DNA of 64,000 nt from an uncultured Pseudomonadales bacterium (GTDB lineage: Bacteria > Patescibacteriota > Microgenomatia > UBA1400 > PJMF01), in contig CAZHLX010000001.1 in NCBI GenBank assembly GCA_964533345.1, positions 1,292-65,291 on the forward strand. Direction: 5' to 3'. The notes below the pieces were generated by a model. The model did no database searches and had not been told where the DNA came from. It saw nothing but the letters and a program-made list of their open reading frames with translations. A program made the translations under genes and the position numbers. This document shows positions 38,924-46,846 of the stretch, piece after piece; the first letter of the stretch is position 1, and each line of letters starts with the position of its first letter.

Positions 38924-39619
38924 ATGTCTGAATTAATTGCCATTATTGGTGCTATGGATGAAGAGATTGAGGTTTTCAAATCTCAGTTAGAAGGGATCAA
39001 AGAAGAATCTTGGCATGAGTTTGTTTTTTACCAGGGAAAGTTGTGGGGTAGAGAGGTGGTCTTAGTTAAATGTGGGATCGGAAAAGTCTTTGCAGCGATG
39101 GTGACTCAGCACTTGCTTGATACTTATGAACCAAAACAAGTTATTTTCACTGGGGTGGCTGGAGGGTTAAATCTAGATTACAGAATTGGTGACGTGGTGG
39201 TAGCCAAAGATACAATCCAACATGATCTGGATGCCAGGGTGATGAACTATGAGCGTGGGCAGGTACCTGGATCAAGTTATAAAGAGTTTGTGTGTGATGA
39301 GGGGTTGGTCTCAAAAGCTATGGAAGTAAAGCTAGAAAATGCGCAAGTTTACTTGGGAAGAATTTTGAGTGGGGATCAATTTATCAGTGAGAGCCATCGG
39401 CCTGAGTATAGTTACCTTACTAAAGAGTTGAATGGGGACGCAGTTGAGATGGAGGGAGCTGCAGTAGGGCAAGTGTGTACAGTGAATGGGGTTCCATTTG
39501 TGATTATCAGAACTATTTCTGATCAAGCTAATGGTGAGGCACCAGTAGCTTACGAGCAGTTTATGCCGCAAGTAGCTGCAAATTCTGAGGTCATAGTTAG
39601 GCAATTAGTCGAGGTGTGA
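38924..39619 (+). CDS. mtnN: 5'-methylthioadenosine/S-adenosylhomocysteine nucleosidase
   Basis: IAIIGAMDEEI, CGIGKVFAAM, FTGVAGGL, VEMEGAAVGQVC, IRTISDQA. The start is set at ATG 38924, one base after the PRT stop. Confidence 0.8.
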   Translation: MSELIAIIGAMDEEIEVFKSQLEGIKEESWHEFVFYQGKLWGREVVLVKCGIGKVFAAMVTQHLLDTYEPKQVIFTGVAGGLNLDYRIGDVVVAKDTIQHDLDARVMNYERGQVPGSSYKEFVCDEGLVSKAMEVKLENAQVYLGRILSGDQFISESHRPEYSYLTKELNGDAVEMEGAAVGQVCTVNGVPFVIIRTISDQANGEAPVAYEQFMPQVAANSEVIVRQLVEV

Positions 39620-39714
39620 TATACTTCTTTTCTCAGAATGAAAAAATATTTTATTTGCACTACTACCACTACAAGCCCCTAAGGGTGAGGTGGTCGTGGT
39701 CAAAAAGGCTATAA

Positions 39715-39739
39715 CCCCCGCCCTGACGGGGGATTTTTT
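39715..39739 (+). terminator. Rho-independent terminator/attenuator hairpin 30 nt upstream of thrS
   Basis: CCCCCGccctgaCGGGGGatttttta: a 6-bp G/C stem (39715-39720 / 39727-39732) followed by a T-run. Confidence 0.6.
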
Positions 39740-39769
39740 ATGTTAAATTAAAACTATAAGGAAAAAATT

Positions 39770-41563
39770 ATGTCACAAAAAAACAACAAACAAGCACAGC
39801 TCAAAGCAGAAAAGTCCGATCTATGGAAGTTAAGGCATACAGCTGAACACGTTTTACACCAAGCAGTTAAAGAACTCTATCCTGAAGTTCACTTAGCAAT
39901 GGGACCAGCCACTGAGGATGGTTTTTACTTTGATTTTGATGGTAATGGAGTTAAGGTTTCTGAAGAGGATTTTCCTCAAATTGAAGCCAAGATGAAGGAG
40001 ATCATTGAGTTAGATCTACCTCTCATAGAAAAAGAAGTTTCTGTGGAAGAAGCTAGAAAACTATTCGAAGGCAATCCTTATAAACAGGAATGGCTTGATG
40101 AAATTGAAGAAAAAGGGGAGTTGGTTACTGTCTATTGGACAGGTGAAGAAGGCTCAGAAAGAGCCATGGCTGATCTATGTGCTGGGCCTCATGTGGCTTC
40201 AACAGGTGGGGTTAAAGCATTCAAGCTACTATCTGTAGCTGGTGCATATTGGCATGGTGATGAAAAGAACAAGATGTTGACTCGTATCTATGGAGTAGCT
40301 TTTTCTTCTCAAGAAGAACTGGACAAATACTTGGAGCTATTAGCTGAAGCAAAGAAGCGAGACCATAAGATTCTTGGTCCTAGAATGGATCTTTTTACTT
40401 TCTCAGAGTTAGTCGGACCAGGTTTGCCTTTATGGACACCCAAGGGTGCACTGATGCGTCATGTCCTAGATGATTTTGTTTGGGAATTACGTCATGAGCG
40501 TGGCTATGAACGGGTAGAAATTCCTCATATTACTAAGAAGGCTCTCTATGAAACCAGTGGTCATTGGGATAAGTTTGCGGATGAGTTATTCCGGATTCAA
40601 ACTCGTGAAGGTCATGAGTTTGCGATGAAGCCGATGAACTGTCCTCATCACACTCAAATCTATGCTCGTAAACCTCATAGTTATAAGGAATTACCACAGC
40701 GTTATGCCAACACGACGATGGTCTATCGTGATGAGCAGACTGGAGAACTATCCGGTCTATCTAGAGTTAGATCAATTACTCAAGATGATGCTCATGTTTT
40801 CTGTCGTAAGACACAAGCTGCTGAAGAGATGGGTAAGATTTGGGACATTATCAATGAGTTTTATAGTGCTGTTGGATTCAAGCTTTGGGTAAGACTATCT
40901 CTTTCTGATCCAGATAATATGGATAAGTATCTAGGAAAGAGAGAAGATTGGGAGTATGCCGAGGAAGAGCTTCGTAAGTTAGCTCAGTCCCGTGGTCAAG
41001 ATATCCAAGAAGTTGCTGGTGAAGCTGCTTTTTATGGTCCCAAGCTGGACTTTATGGCTGAAGACTCTTTAGGAAGAGAGTGGCAGGTGGCTACGATTCA
41101 ACTTGATATGAATATGCCAGATAGTTTTGACCTGACTTGTATCAATGAAGCTGGGGAAAAAGAAAGAATTGTGATGTTGCATGCAGCCATCATGGGTTCA
41201 ATTGAGCGTTATGTCTCAATTTTGATTGAGCATTTTGGTGGTAAGTTTCCAGTTTGGTTAGCTCCAGTGCAGGTGAAATTACTTCCAATTTCTGAAAAGC
41301 ATCATCAATATGCTCAGGAGTTGGTAGAAAAGATGGTCGATGCTGGGATTAGAGTCGAGTTAGATGACCGAAGTGAAACTCTTGGTGCTAAGATTCGCGA
41401 TGCTCAGTTGGAGCAGGTGCCTTATATGGCTGTGGTGGGCGACAAAGAAGTAGAGGCTAGTTCAGTTGCGGTTAGATCAAGAGAAGGTGGTAAACAAGAA
41501 GTTGTCACCACAGAGCAGTTCATTGAAAAACTAATTGCTGAAATAAAAGAGAAAACTTATTAA
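39770..41563 (+). CDS. thrS: Threonyl-tRNA synthetase lacking the N-terminal TGS domain
   Basis: The editing-domain HxxxH (RHTAEHVLHQAV) sits at residues 23-27. Class-II motifs are FAMKPMNCPHH, YRDEQTGELSGLSRVRSITQDDAHVF and GSIERYVSILIEH. A C-terminal anticodon-binding domain is present. Confidence 0.9.
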   Translation: MSQKNNKQAQLKAEKSDLWKLRHTAEHVLHQAVKELYPEVHLAMGPATEDGFYFDFDGNGVKVSEEDFPQIEAKMKEIIELDLPLIEKEVSVEEARKLFEGNPYKQEWLDEIEEKGELVTVYWTGEEGSERAMADLCAGPHVASTGGVKAFKLLSVAGAYWHGDEKNKMLTRIYGVAFSSQEELDKYLELLAEAKKRDHKILGPRMDLFTFSELVGPGLPLWTPKGALMRHVLDDFVWELRHERGYERVEIPHITKKALYETSGHWDKFADELFRIQTREGHEFAMKPMNCPHHTQIYARKPHSYKELPQRYANTTMVYRDEQTGELSGLSRVRSITQDDAHVFCRKTQAAEEMGKIWDIINEFYSAVGFKLWVRLSLSDPDNMDKYLGKREDWEYAEEELRKLAQSRGQDIQEVAGEAAFYGPKLDFMAEDSLGREWQVATIQLDMNMPDSFDLTCINEAGEKERIVMLHAAIMGSIERYVSILIEHFGGKFPVWLAPVQVKLLPISEKHHQYAQELVEKMVDAGIRVELDDRSETLGAKIRDAQLEQVPYMAVVGDKEVEASSVAVRSREGGKQEVVTTEQFIEKLIAEIKEKTY

Positions 41564-41569
41564 GTAGAT

Positions 41570-42280
41570 TTATTTCTCAATCTCTACTTTAACCCCAGGG
41601 CTCATAGTAGCATTGAGAGATAGTTTGTTTACTTTGCCCTTAATGGTAGTGAGTAAGGTTTGGAGATTAGAGACTAGCTCTTTGGTATCCATCTCAGTGT
41701 TACCGATCACAATGTGCATCAAAGGGGCTTTGCGCTCACTCTTGATGGTCATGCTACCTGATTCAAGTTCTTTTTTCTTTGATTTGGGATCCGCGATTAA
41801 AGTGCCTTGTTTTGGATTTGGCATTAAGCCTTTAGGTCCTAAAACCTTGGCTAATTTAGCTAGCTTAGGCATTAAATCTGGAGTAGCAAGTAAGATATCA
41901 AAATCGATTTTACCTGCCTCAACATCTTTAAGAACTTTGTCATCAGCAATGGCGACAGTTATGCTTTTTCCAGTAGAGTGAGGGAACTGGAGGTTGAATC
42001 TCTCTCCCATGAACTTCTCATCTAAGACTACATCGGCCACAATAGTGCCAGCAAATCTGGAGTAAGATAGTTTTTTGACTAACTCAATTGCAGAGAAGGC
42101 GTCGTAAAGACGAGTTTTATCAACTTGAGAGCGAACAGCTTGATATTTCTTACTGCGCAACTTTTTCTTTGGGGTTGGCTTAGCTTTTTTTTCTGTTTGA
42201 GCATCTCCATCGGTAGGTGTTTCAACCACCTTGACCTCGGTTTCGCTCATAGTCATATCGACGTTCTTTTTTTGTCCCAT
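41570..42280 (-). CDS. rplA: Ribosomal protein L1 with a ~40-aa Lys-rich N-terminal extension
   Basis: KKYQAVRSQVDKTRLYD..AIELVKK, GTIVADVVL and GKIDFD are collinear with L1. It follows rplK. Confidence 0.9.
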   Translation of the reverse strand: MGQKKNVDMTMSETEVKVVETPTDGDAQTEKKAKPTPKKKLRSKKYQAVRSQVDKTRLYDAFSAIELVKKLSYSRFAGTIVADVVLDEKFMGERFNLQFPHSTGKSITVAIADDKVLKDVEAGKIDFDILLATPDLMPKLAKLAKVLGPKGLMPNPKQGTLIADPKSKKKELESGSMTIKSERKAPLMHIVIGNTEMDTKELVSNLQTLLTTIKGKVNKLSLNATMSPGVKVEIEK

Positions 42281-42303
42281 GTTGTTCCTTATTATGAAGT
42301 TTG

Positions 42304-42732
42304 TTATACGATCTCAACACCCATGCTTTTAGCAGAACCTTCTACGATTCTCATCGCAGCTTCTAGATCCTCGGTGTTTAAATCTGGTAATTTCTTTTCA
42401 GCAATTTCCTTAACTTGATCTTGAGTTATTTTGCCAGCTGTCTCGATACCTGGTTTTTGAGAGCCAGTTTTGAGTTTGATAGCTTGCTTGATCATGGCTG
42501 AGACAGGAGGAAGCTTGAGCTCGAAGGTAAAGCTGCCATCTTGATAGACAGTTAGCTCAGCTGGAATAATTTGACCACGCTTGTCTTGGGTGCGGTCATT
42601 ATATTGTTTGATGAAGTCCATCATGTTGATACCAGCTTGACCTAAGATAGGACCGACGGGAGGAGCTGGAGTAGCACTTCCTGCTGGTAAATTTAACTTG
42701 AGAACTTTTTTAACTTTTTTCTTTTTTGCCAT
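42304..42732 (-). CDS. rplK: Ribosomal protein L11
   Basis: KLNLPAGSATPAPPVGPILGQAGINMMDFIKQYN is the L11 N-terminal signature. Confidence 0.9.
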   Translation of the reverse strand: MAKKKKVKKVLKLNLPAGSATPAPPVGPILGQAGINMMDFIKQYNDRTQDKRGQIIPAELTVYQDGSFTFELKLPPVSAMIKQAIKLKTGSQKPGIETAGKITQDQVKEIAEKKLPDLNTEDLEAAMRIVEGSAKSMGVEIV

Positions 42733-42749
42733 AAGAGCCTTGGATTATA

Positions 42750-43403
42750 TCAGACTTTTTGTACTTGTAAGAAGTCAAGTTCGACTGGTGTCTCTCGGCC
42801 GAAAATGCTGACCAGGACCTCAACCTTACCTTTAGCTTCATCAATAGATTGGACAGTGCCCAGAAATTCATTGAATGGACCATCAGTGATTTTAACGGCT
42901 TCACCTTCAACAAATTCTGCTTTGTAAGAAGGAGCGCCTTGACTAATATACTTCTGAATAGTTTCTACTTCGTGTTTAGGAAGAGGAGTGGGTTTGTTGC
43001 CGATACCGACAAAACCAGTTACGCCTTGAGTAGTACGGACAGCTAACCAAGCGTTATCACTTAACTCCATGAAGACCAACATGTATCCGGGAAAGATCTT
43101 TTCACGAACAGTCTTGCGTTGACCTCTTTTTATTTGAATTTTTTCTTGGGTAGGAATCAAAACTTTAAGGATTTGATGATTAAGGTTGAGGGTGTCTGCT
43201 CTTTGTTTAAGAGTTTCAGCTACTTTTCCCTCATGTCCAGAATAAGTATGGACCACATACCAACGAGCTTTCTTATTTTCTACGTCGGAGATAGTGATGA
43301 TATTGGGGTTATCGACTTGAACTTCCTGAGTTTCAGGTGCTTCTGGTTGAGTTTCCTCAGTTTTATCCACGTTTTCTGGTTGTGTTTGGTTGTTATCTGT
43401 CAT
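42750..43403 (-). CDS. nusG: Transcription termination/antitermination factor NusG with a ~45-aa acidic N-terminal extension
   Basis: ARWYVVHTYSGHEGKV (NGN domain), FPGYMLVFM, and the C-terminal KOW GEAVKITDGPFNEFLGTVQSID. Confidence 0.9.
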   Translation of the reverse strand: MTDNNQTQPENVDKTEETQPEAPETQEVQVDNPNIITISDVENKKARWYVVHTYSGHEGKVAETLKQRADTLNLNHQILKVLIPTQEKIQIKRGQRKTVREKIFPGYMLVFMELSDNAWLAVRTTQGVTGFVGIGNKPTPLPKHEVETIQKYISQGAPSYKAEFVEGEAVKITDGPFNEFLGTVQSIDEAKGKVEVLVSIFGRETPVELDFLQVQKV

Positions 43404-43410
43404 AAGTTTT

Positions 43411-43593
43411 TTATTTAATTAACACCTCAGTCAGTTTTTGGAACATAAAATCCAGGCCTCCAAGATAAACCGCGAGTAAAGTGCTAACAGCAATTACTAA
43501 GATAGTTTTATTAACGGTTTGCTTCCGGGAAGGCCAGCTGACTTTTTTTAGTTCGCGGACGACCTCTTGAAAGTATCCTACTGGGCTGACCAT
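43411..43593 (-). CDS. secE: Preprotein translocase subunit SecE
   Basis: 60 aa. EVVRELKKVSWPSRKQTVNKT is followed by one TM helix. It lies immediately upstream of nusG. Confidence 0.75.
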   Translation of the reverse strand: MVSPVGYFQEVVRELKKVSWPSRKQTVNKTILVIAVSTLLAVYLGGLDFMFQKLTEVLIK

Positions 43594-43660
43594 AAGTAAC
43601 GTATTGTAACAGAACTCCTACTAGAAGGAAACACCTCGTTAAAAGAAGGACTTTCTAAGC

Positions 43661-45271
43661 TTATGACTTAGGTGTAGTGACTCCCTTTTCTTTGACGCGT
43701 TCCATCATCGTTGATTGGGGTGGGGTGCTAGGCTTAGTGCTAGTCATGGGAGGTGTTGGTACCCCTGGTTTAGCCATAGTAGTCGGCGGAGTTGGTTCTT
43801 TTTTAAGTTCTTCTAACTTTGCTTGTAACTCACGCTCGTATTTATCAGCTTCTTGATTAATGCTTTGTTGAACCGGAGTGGTTTTTGTTGGCTTATTTTT
43901 ATCACTCAATAACTTTGGAATAACCACCAATAAGAGTAGTAAGCCACCAGCTGCAAGGGCAATAATGGGCAGCAAGTTGATTGGTACTCCAGCTTGATTC
44001 ATTGAGTTTACAATTGCATCTAAGGCAGTTTCTTCCTCATCGTACATCATTGAATCAGCAGATGGAGAAGGGCTAGGCTTATCAATGATTGCTGCTGGAA
44101 CAGTTGAATCTGAGGCCTCATCCTCTTGGCTATCAATATCTCCACCTTTGGGGGCAGTCTCGTCTTTTTCATAGAGTTTAGAGACAGTGCGGGTAGTAGC
44201 TGCAGCGCAAGTAGTACTACTGACGTTGGTAGCTAGGCGACAAGCTCCATAGTAACAGCGGAGATTCGCAGCACAGTCAGCATTAACGCTACAGGCGGTA
44301 TTGCAATCTGCATCGACTCCAGCTTGGATAGTAGAGCTAGGGACTCGACAGTATTCATCATCGGGGTTATCAGCTCGTCGACATTTATTCTCTAAGCATG
44401 AGTACTTATCGTCACACTCATTAGAGTCAGCACAGTAGTGGTTACAGCCAAAATCTAGACCTTGATCAGTCTGTTCCTGACAAGTGGTACTGCTGACGTT
44501 GGTAACCAGACGGCACTGACCGTTATAACAGCGATGGTTGGTTTCACACTCAGCATTACTGCTACAAGAATCATTACAACCTTGAACTACGACTCCGCCT
44601 GTTCCTGGATCATCAGTTGGGTCTGGGCTAGGGCTTGGGTCTGGACTAGCCTCAGGAGTTGGGTCTGGGCTGGGATCAGTATTACTATTGTCATTAACAG
44701 TGTAGTTAATCGCAGCTACGTGAGTTAGTGTATCTTGTGGAGGAACAGTGGCATGGACAATGGATTTTGATTTTTCTCTATCAAAGTTAATCTCAATGTT
44801 GCCTGCACTAGCAGCCTTCATCATTAACTGAAGAACTGTAGTAGGTGAGTTGGCAGAGAATGTTTGTCCGATTTGACTGGGGGTAGCAATCACAGATACT
44901 AAATAACCATCGCTGGTTTGTTCAATATTAGAATAAATATTCTGTAGCCCAGAGCTAGCAGGGACTGAGAGAGTGGGAACTTCGCTCAGGGTATTAGTAA
45001 CGATGTTAAAAACCAACTGAATTCCATCAGTTTGGATTCCTTGAGTATCAGCTTTTATATCAACAGTTGTATCTCCGATCTCTACTGAGGATCCTGAGGT
45101 GGGGGAGCTAGAAACGGTTACTTGGCCGTTATCAACTGAAGCGTCCGATCTTACATCTTGAGATTTTTCCTGAAGTGGTTTTTGTAAAAGGATCAAGCCA
45201 ACGGTTCCTGATATAAGGAGTAGGATAGAGATGATGGTGGCGATGATTGAGGTAGGGCTTTTCTTATTCAT
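43661..45271 (-). CDS. Membrane-anchored surface protein: cohesin-like N-terminal module, PT/PS linker, three Cys-rich modules, C-terminal TM and a Pro/Lys-rich tail
   Basis: The start is set at MNKKSP (45271), after the upstream stop. The candidate cohesin is GQVTVSSSPTSGSSVEIGDTTVDIKADTQGIQTDGIQLVFNI...GNIEINFD. The Cys modules look like CNDSCSSNAECETNHRCYNGQCRL. The TM is LLPIIALAAGGLLLLLVVIP. Confidence 0.55.
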   Translation of the reverse strand: MNKKSPTSIIATIISILLLISGTVGLILLQKPLQEKSQDVRSDASVDNGQVTVSSSPTSGSSVEIGDTTVDIKADTQGIQTDGIQLVFNIVTNTLSEVPTLSVPASSGLQNIYSNIEQTSDGYLVSVIATPSQIGQTFSANSPTTVLQLMMKAASAGNIEINFDREKSKSIVHATVPPQDTLTHVAAINYTVNDNSNTDPSPDPTPEASPDPSPSPDPTDDPGTGGVVVQGCNDSCSSNAECETNHRCYNGQCRLVTNVSSTTCQEQTDQGLDFGCNHYCADSNECDDKYSCLENKCRRADNPDDEYCRVPSSTIQAGVDADCNTACSVNADCAANLRCYYGACRLATNVSSTTCAAATTRTVSKLYEKDETAPKGGDIDSQEDEASDSTVPAAIIDKPSPSPSADSMMYDEEETALDAIVNSMNQAGVPINLLPIIALAAGGLLLLLVVIPKLLSDKNKPTKTTPVQQSINQEADKYERELQAKLEELKKEPTPPTTMAKPGVPTPPMTSTKPSTPPQSTMMERVKEKGVTTPKS

Positions 45272-45284
45272 ATATAACTCCATA

Positions 45285-46820
45285 TTACAGCGAAATATTT
45301 CCGATGAGCAAACTGTAATCACTCAGGTCTACTATGCCGTCACAGTTTAGGTCTGAGACGATAAAATTATTAGTTTTCATAAATTCTGAGACGAGGAGGC
45401 TGTAATCGCTGATGTCGACTGCAGCATCATCATTGATATCAGCAAATACTCCAGATTGGGCAGTGGTAGAGAAGCGGGCTACCCAACCCTCATTTGGTTT
45501 ATTAGGATATATCAGCCTAACAGTATAGTTATATCCTGGTTTATAGTAGGCTTCTCCTCCAGAAGATCCTTCTGGATAGATCTTCATCTTTATTTTTCTA
45601 AGTTGGTCAAGCTCTGGTAAGTTGAATTGTCTGATCTTGACTCTAATTGGGACAGCAGGTCCATTTTCTCCATTGGGCTGGGGGCATGATCTGGATACCA
45701 CTAGGTTGGCATTCTCAGTTGGCATTTCATTGTGATCAGTTTGTTTAGTAAAGGAGATTGCTGAGTTGGTGTCATCAATACCTTTAATCCATGGCACTTG
45801 GAGGAAGAAATCAGCTGCTTTTCTACCCAGTCTGTAGCCAGTTTGTTCGTAATTTTCCCAAAGAGGTTCACTATCTTTATCAATTCGTTTGACAAAGGGG
45901 AAGATGTATTTACGATACTCATCATTGACTGCGATGTTAACTTGACCTTCCTTATGATCAAAGGTATGAGCCGCTACATAGTATGGGCCGGTGGAAGTTG
46001 GGTTAAAACTGAGTCTGGTTCCAGCGGATTTAATCTTCTTCTGGTCTGGACCATAGAGAACAACAGAACCGATATAGCTACCCTTAGTATTAATCTCTGT
46101 TTCCATAAAAAGAATCTCTAGCTCTCTACCCATAACTGAGGGATGGATCATGTAGAACTGTCCATATCCATCTTCAATTGGTAGTACTCTGGGGCTATTG
46201 TTGTTGTAATCTTCATTCAAGCTCAAGATCGAAGGGTTATCCTGCAGAAGAGCGTAGTTAACATTTAGTTGGAACCAAGTGATGCGTGGATCTTGAGGTA
46301 GGGTGTCACCAGATAGAGATATCGGGTCTGTAGAAGTTTGGCAATCAGCTACTGTTTCACCTGGGTTAACACAAAGACCTGAGGCTCCGACAATCATGGG
46401 GCAAGTATCACCCACACACTCTGGTTCTTCATAACGACAGACTAATCCCGGCATACATCTTGAGTATGGAGTTGAGGGAGGAAGACTACTATTACAAGAT
46501 TGGCAGCGTTCAGAGAGTGGGACTGGCCAAGGGCTAGGCGAAACATTTGGTGATGGAGAAACCCAAGGAGATGGAATTGGTGATATAGGTGGAGTAATCG
46601 GTGGTGATGGGACTGGTGAAGGACTTACTGGAGGTGTAATTGGGGCTGCTTTAGGAAAAATATTAGTTTGAGTTTTAATGACTAATAGGCTTAAAGGTAG
46701 GATCAGAACTAAAAAAGATAGAACTCCTAGGGCAATTCTTTGTTGCTTGGTCAGATAATTCCATGCTTTTTGGAATTGGTTGAGTTCTTTTTCAGTGGTA
46801 GGAGCAGTATTTTCAGTCAC
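45285..46820 (-). CDS. Secreted protein with a Pro-rich linker, Cys-rich module, unknown ~330-aa domain and a C-terminal dockerin-like duplicated Ca-binding repeat
   Basis: The C-terminus ADINDDAAVDISDYSLLVSEFMK...SDLNCDGIVDLSDYSLLIGNI matches the duplicated dockerin type-I pattern (D.N.DG.VD..DY.LL). There is an N-terminal TM/signal and a PxSP-rich linker. Confidence 0.6.
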   Translation of the reverse strand: MTENTAPTTEKELNQFQKAWNYLTKQQRIALGVLSFLVLILPLSLLVIKTQTNIFPKAAPITPPVSPSPVPSPPITPPISPIPSPWVSPSPNVSPSPWPVPLSERCQSCNSSLPPSTPYSRCMPGLVCRYEEPECVGDTCPMIVGASGLCVNPGETVADCQTSTDPISLSGDTLPQDPRITWFQLNVNYALLQDNPSILSLNEDYNNNSPRVLPIEDGYGQFYMIHPSVMGRELEILFMETEINTKGSYIGSVVLYGPDQKKIKSAGTRLSFNPTSTGPYYVAAHTFDHKEGQVNIAVNDEYRKYIFPFVKRIDKDSEPLWENYEQTGYRLGRKAADFFLQVPWIKGIDDTNSAISFTKQTDHNEMPTENANLVVSRSCPQPNGENGPAVPIRVKIRQFNLPELDQLRKIKMKIYPEGSSGGEAYYKPGYNYTVRLIYPNKPNEGWVARFSTTAQSGVFADINDDAAVDISDYSLLVSEFMKTNNFIVSDLNCDGIVDLSDYSLLIGNISL

Positions 46821-46846
46821 CTCAAATAGCGTATAGTAAAAAGGAG

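Noticed and set aside
39620-39769. Full T-box riboswitch upstream of thrS
   Set aside because: The region is only ~150 nt. I could not find the canonical T-box sequence (AGGGUGGNACCGCG-like), a Stem I with GA/K-turn, or a specifier loop. I kept it only as a generic attenuator hypothesis.
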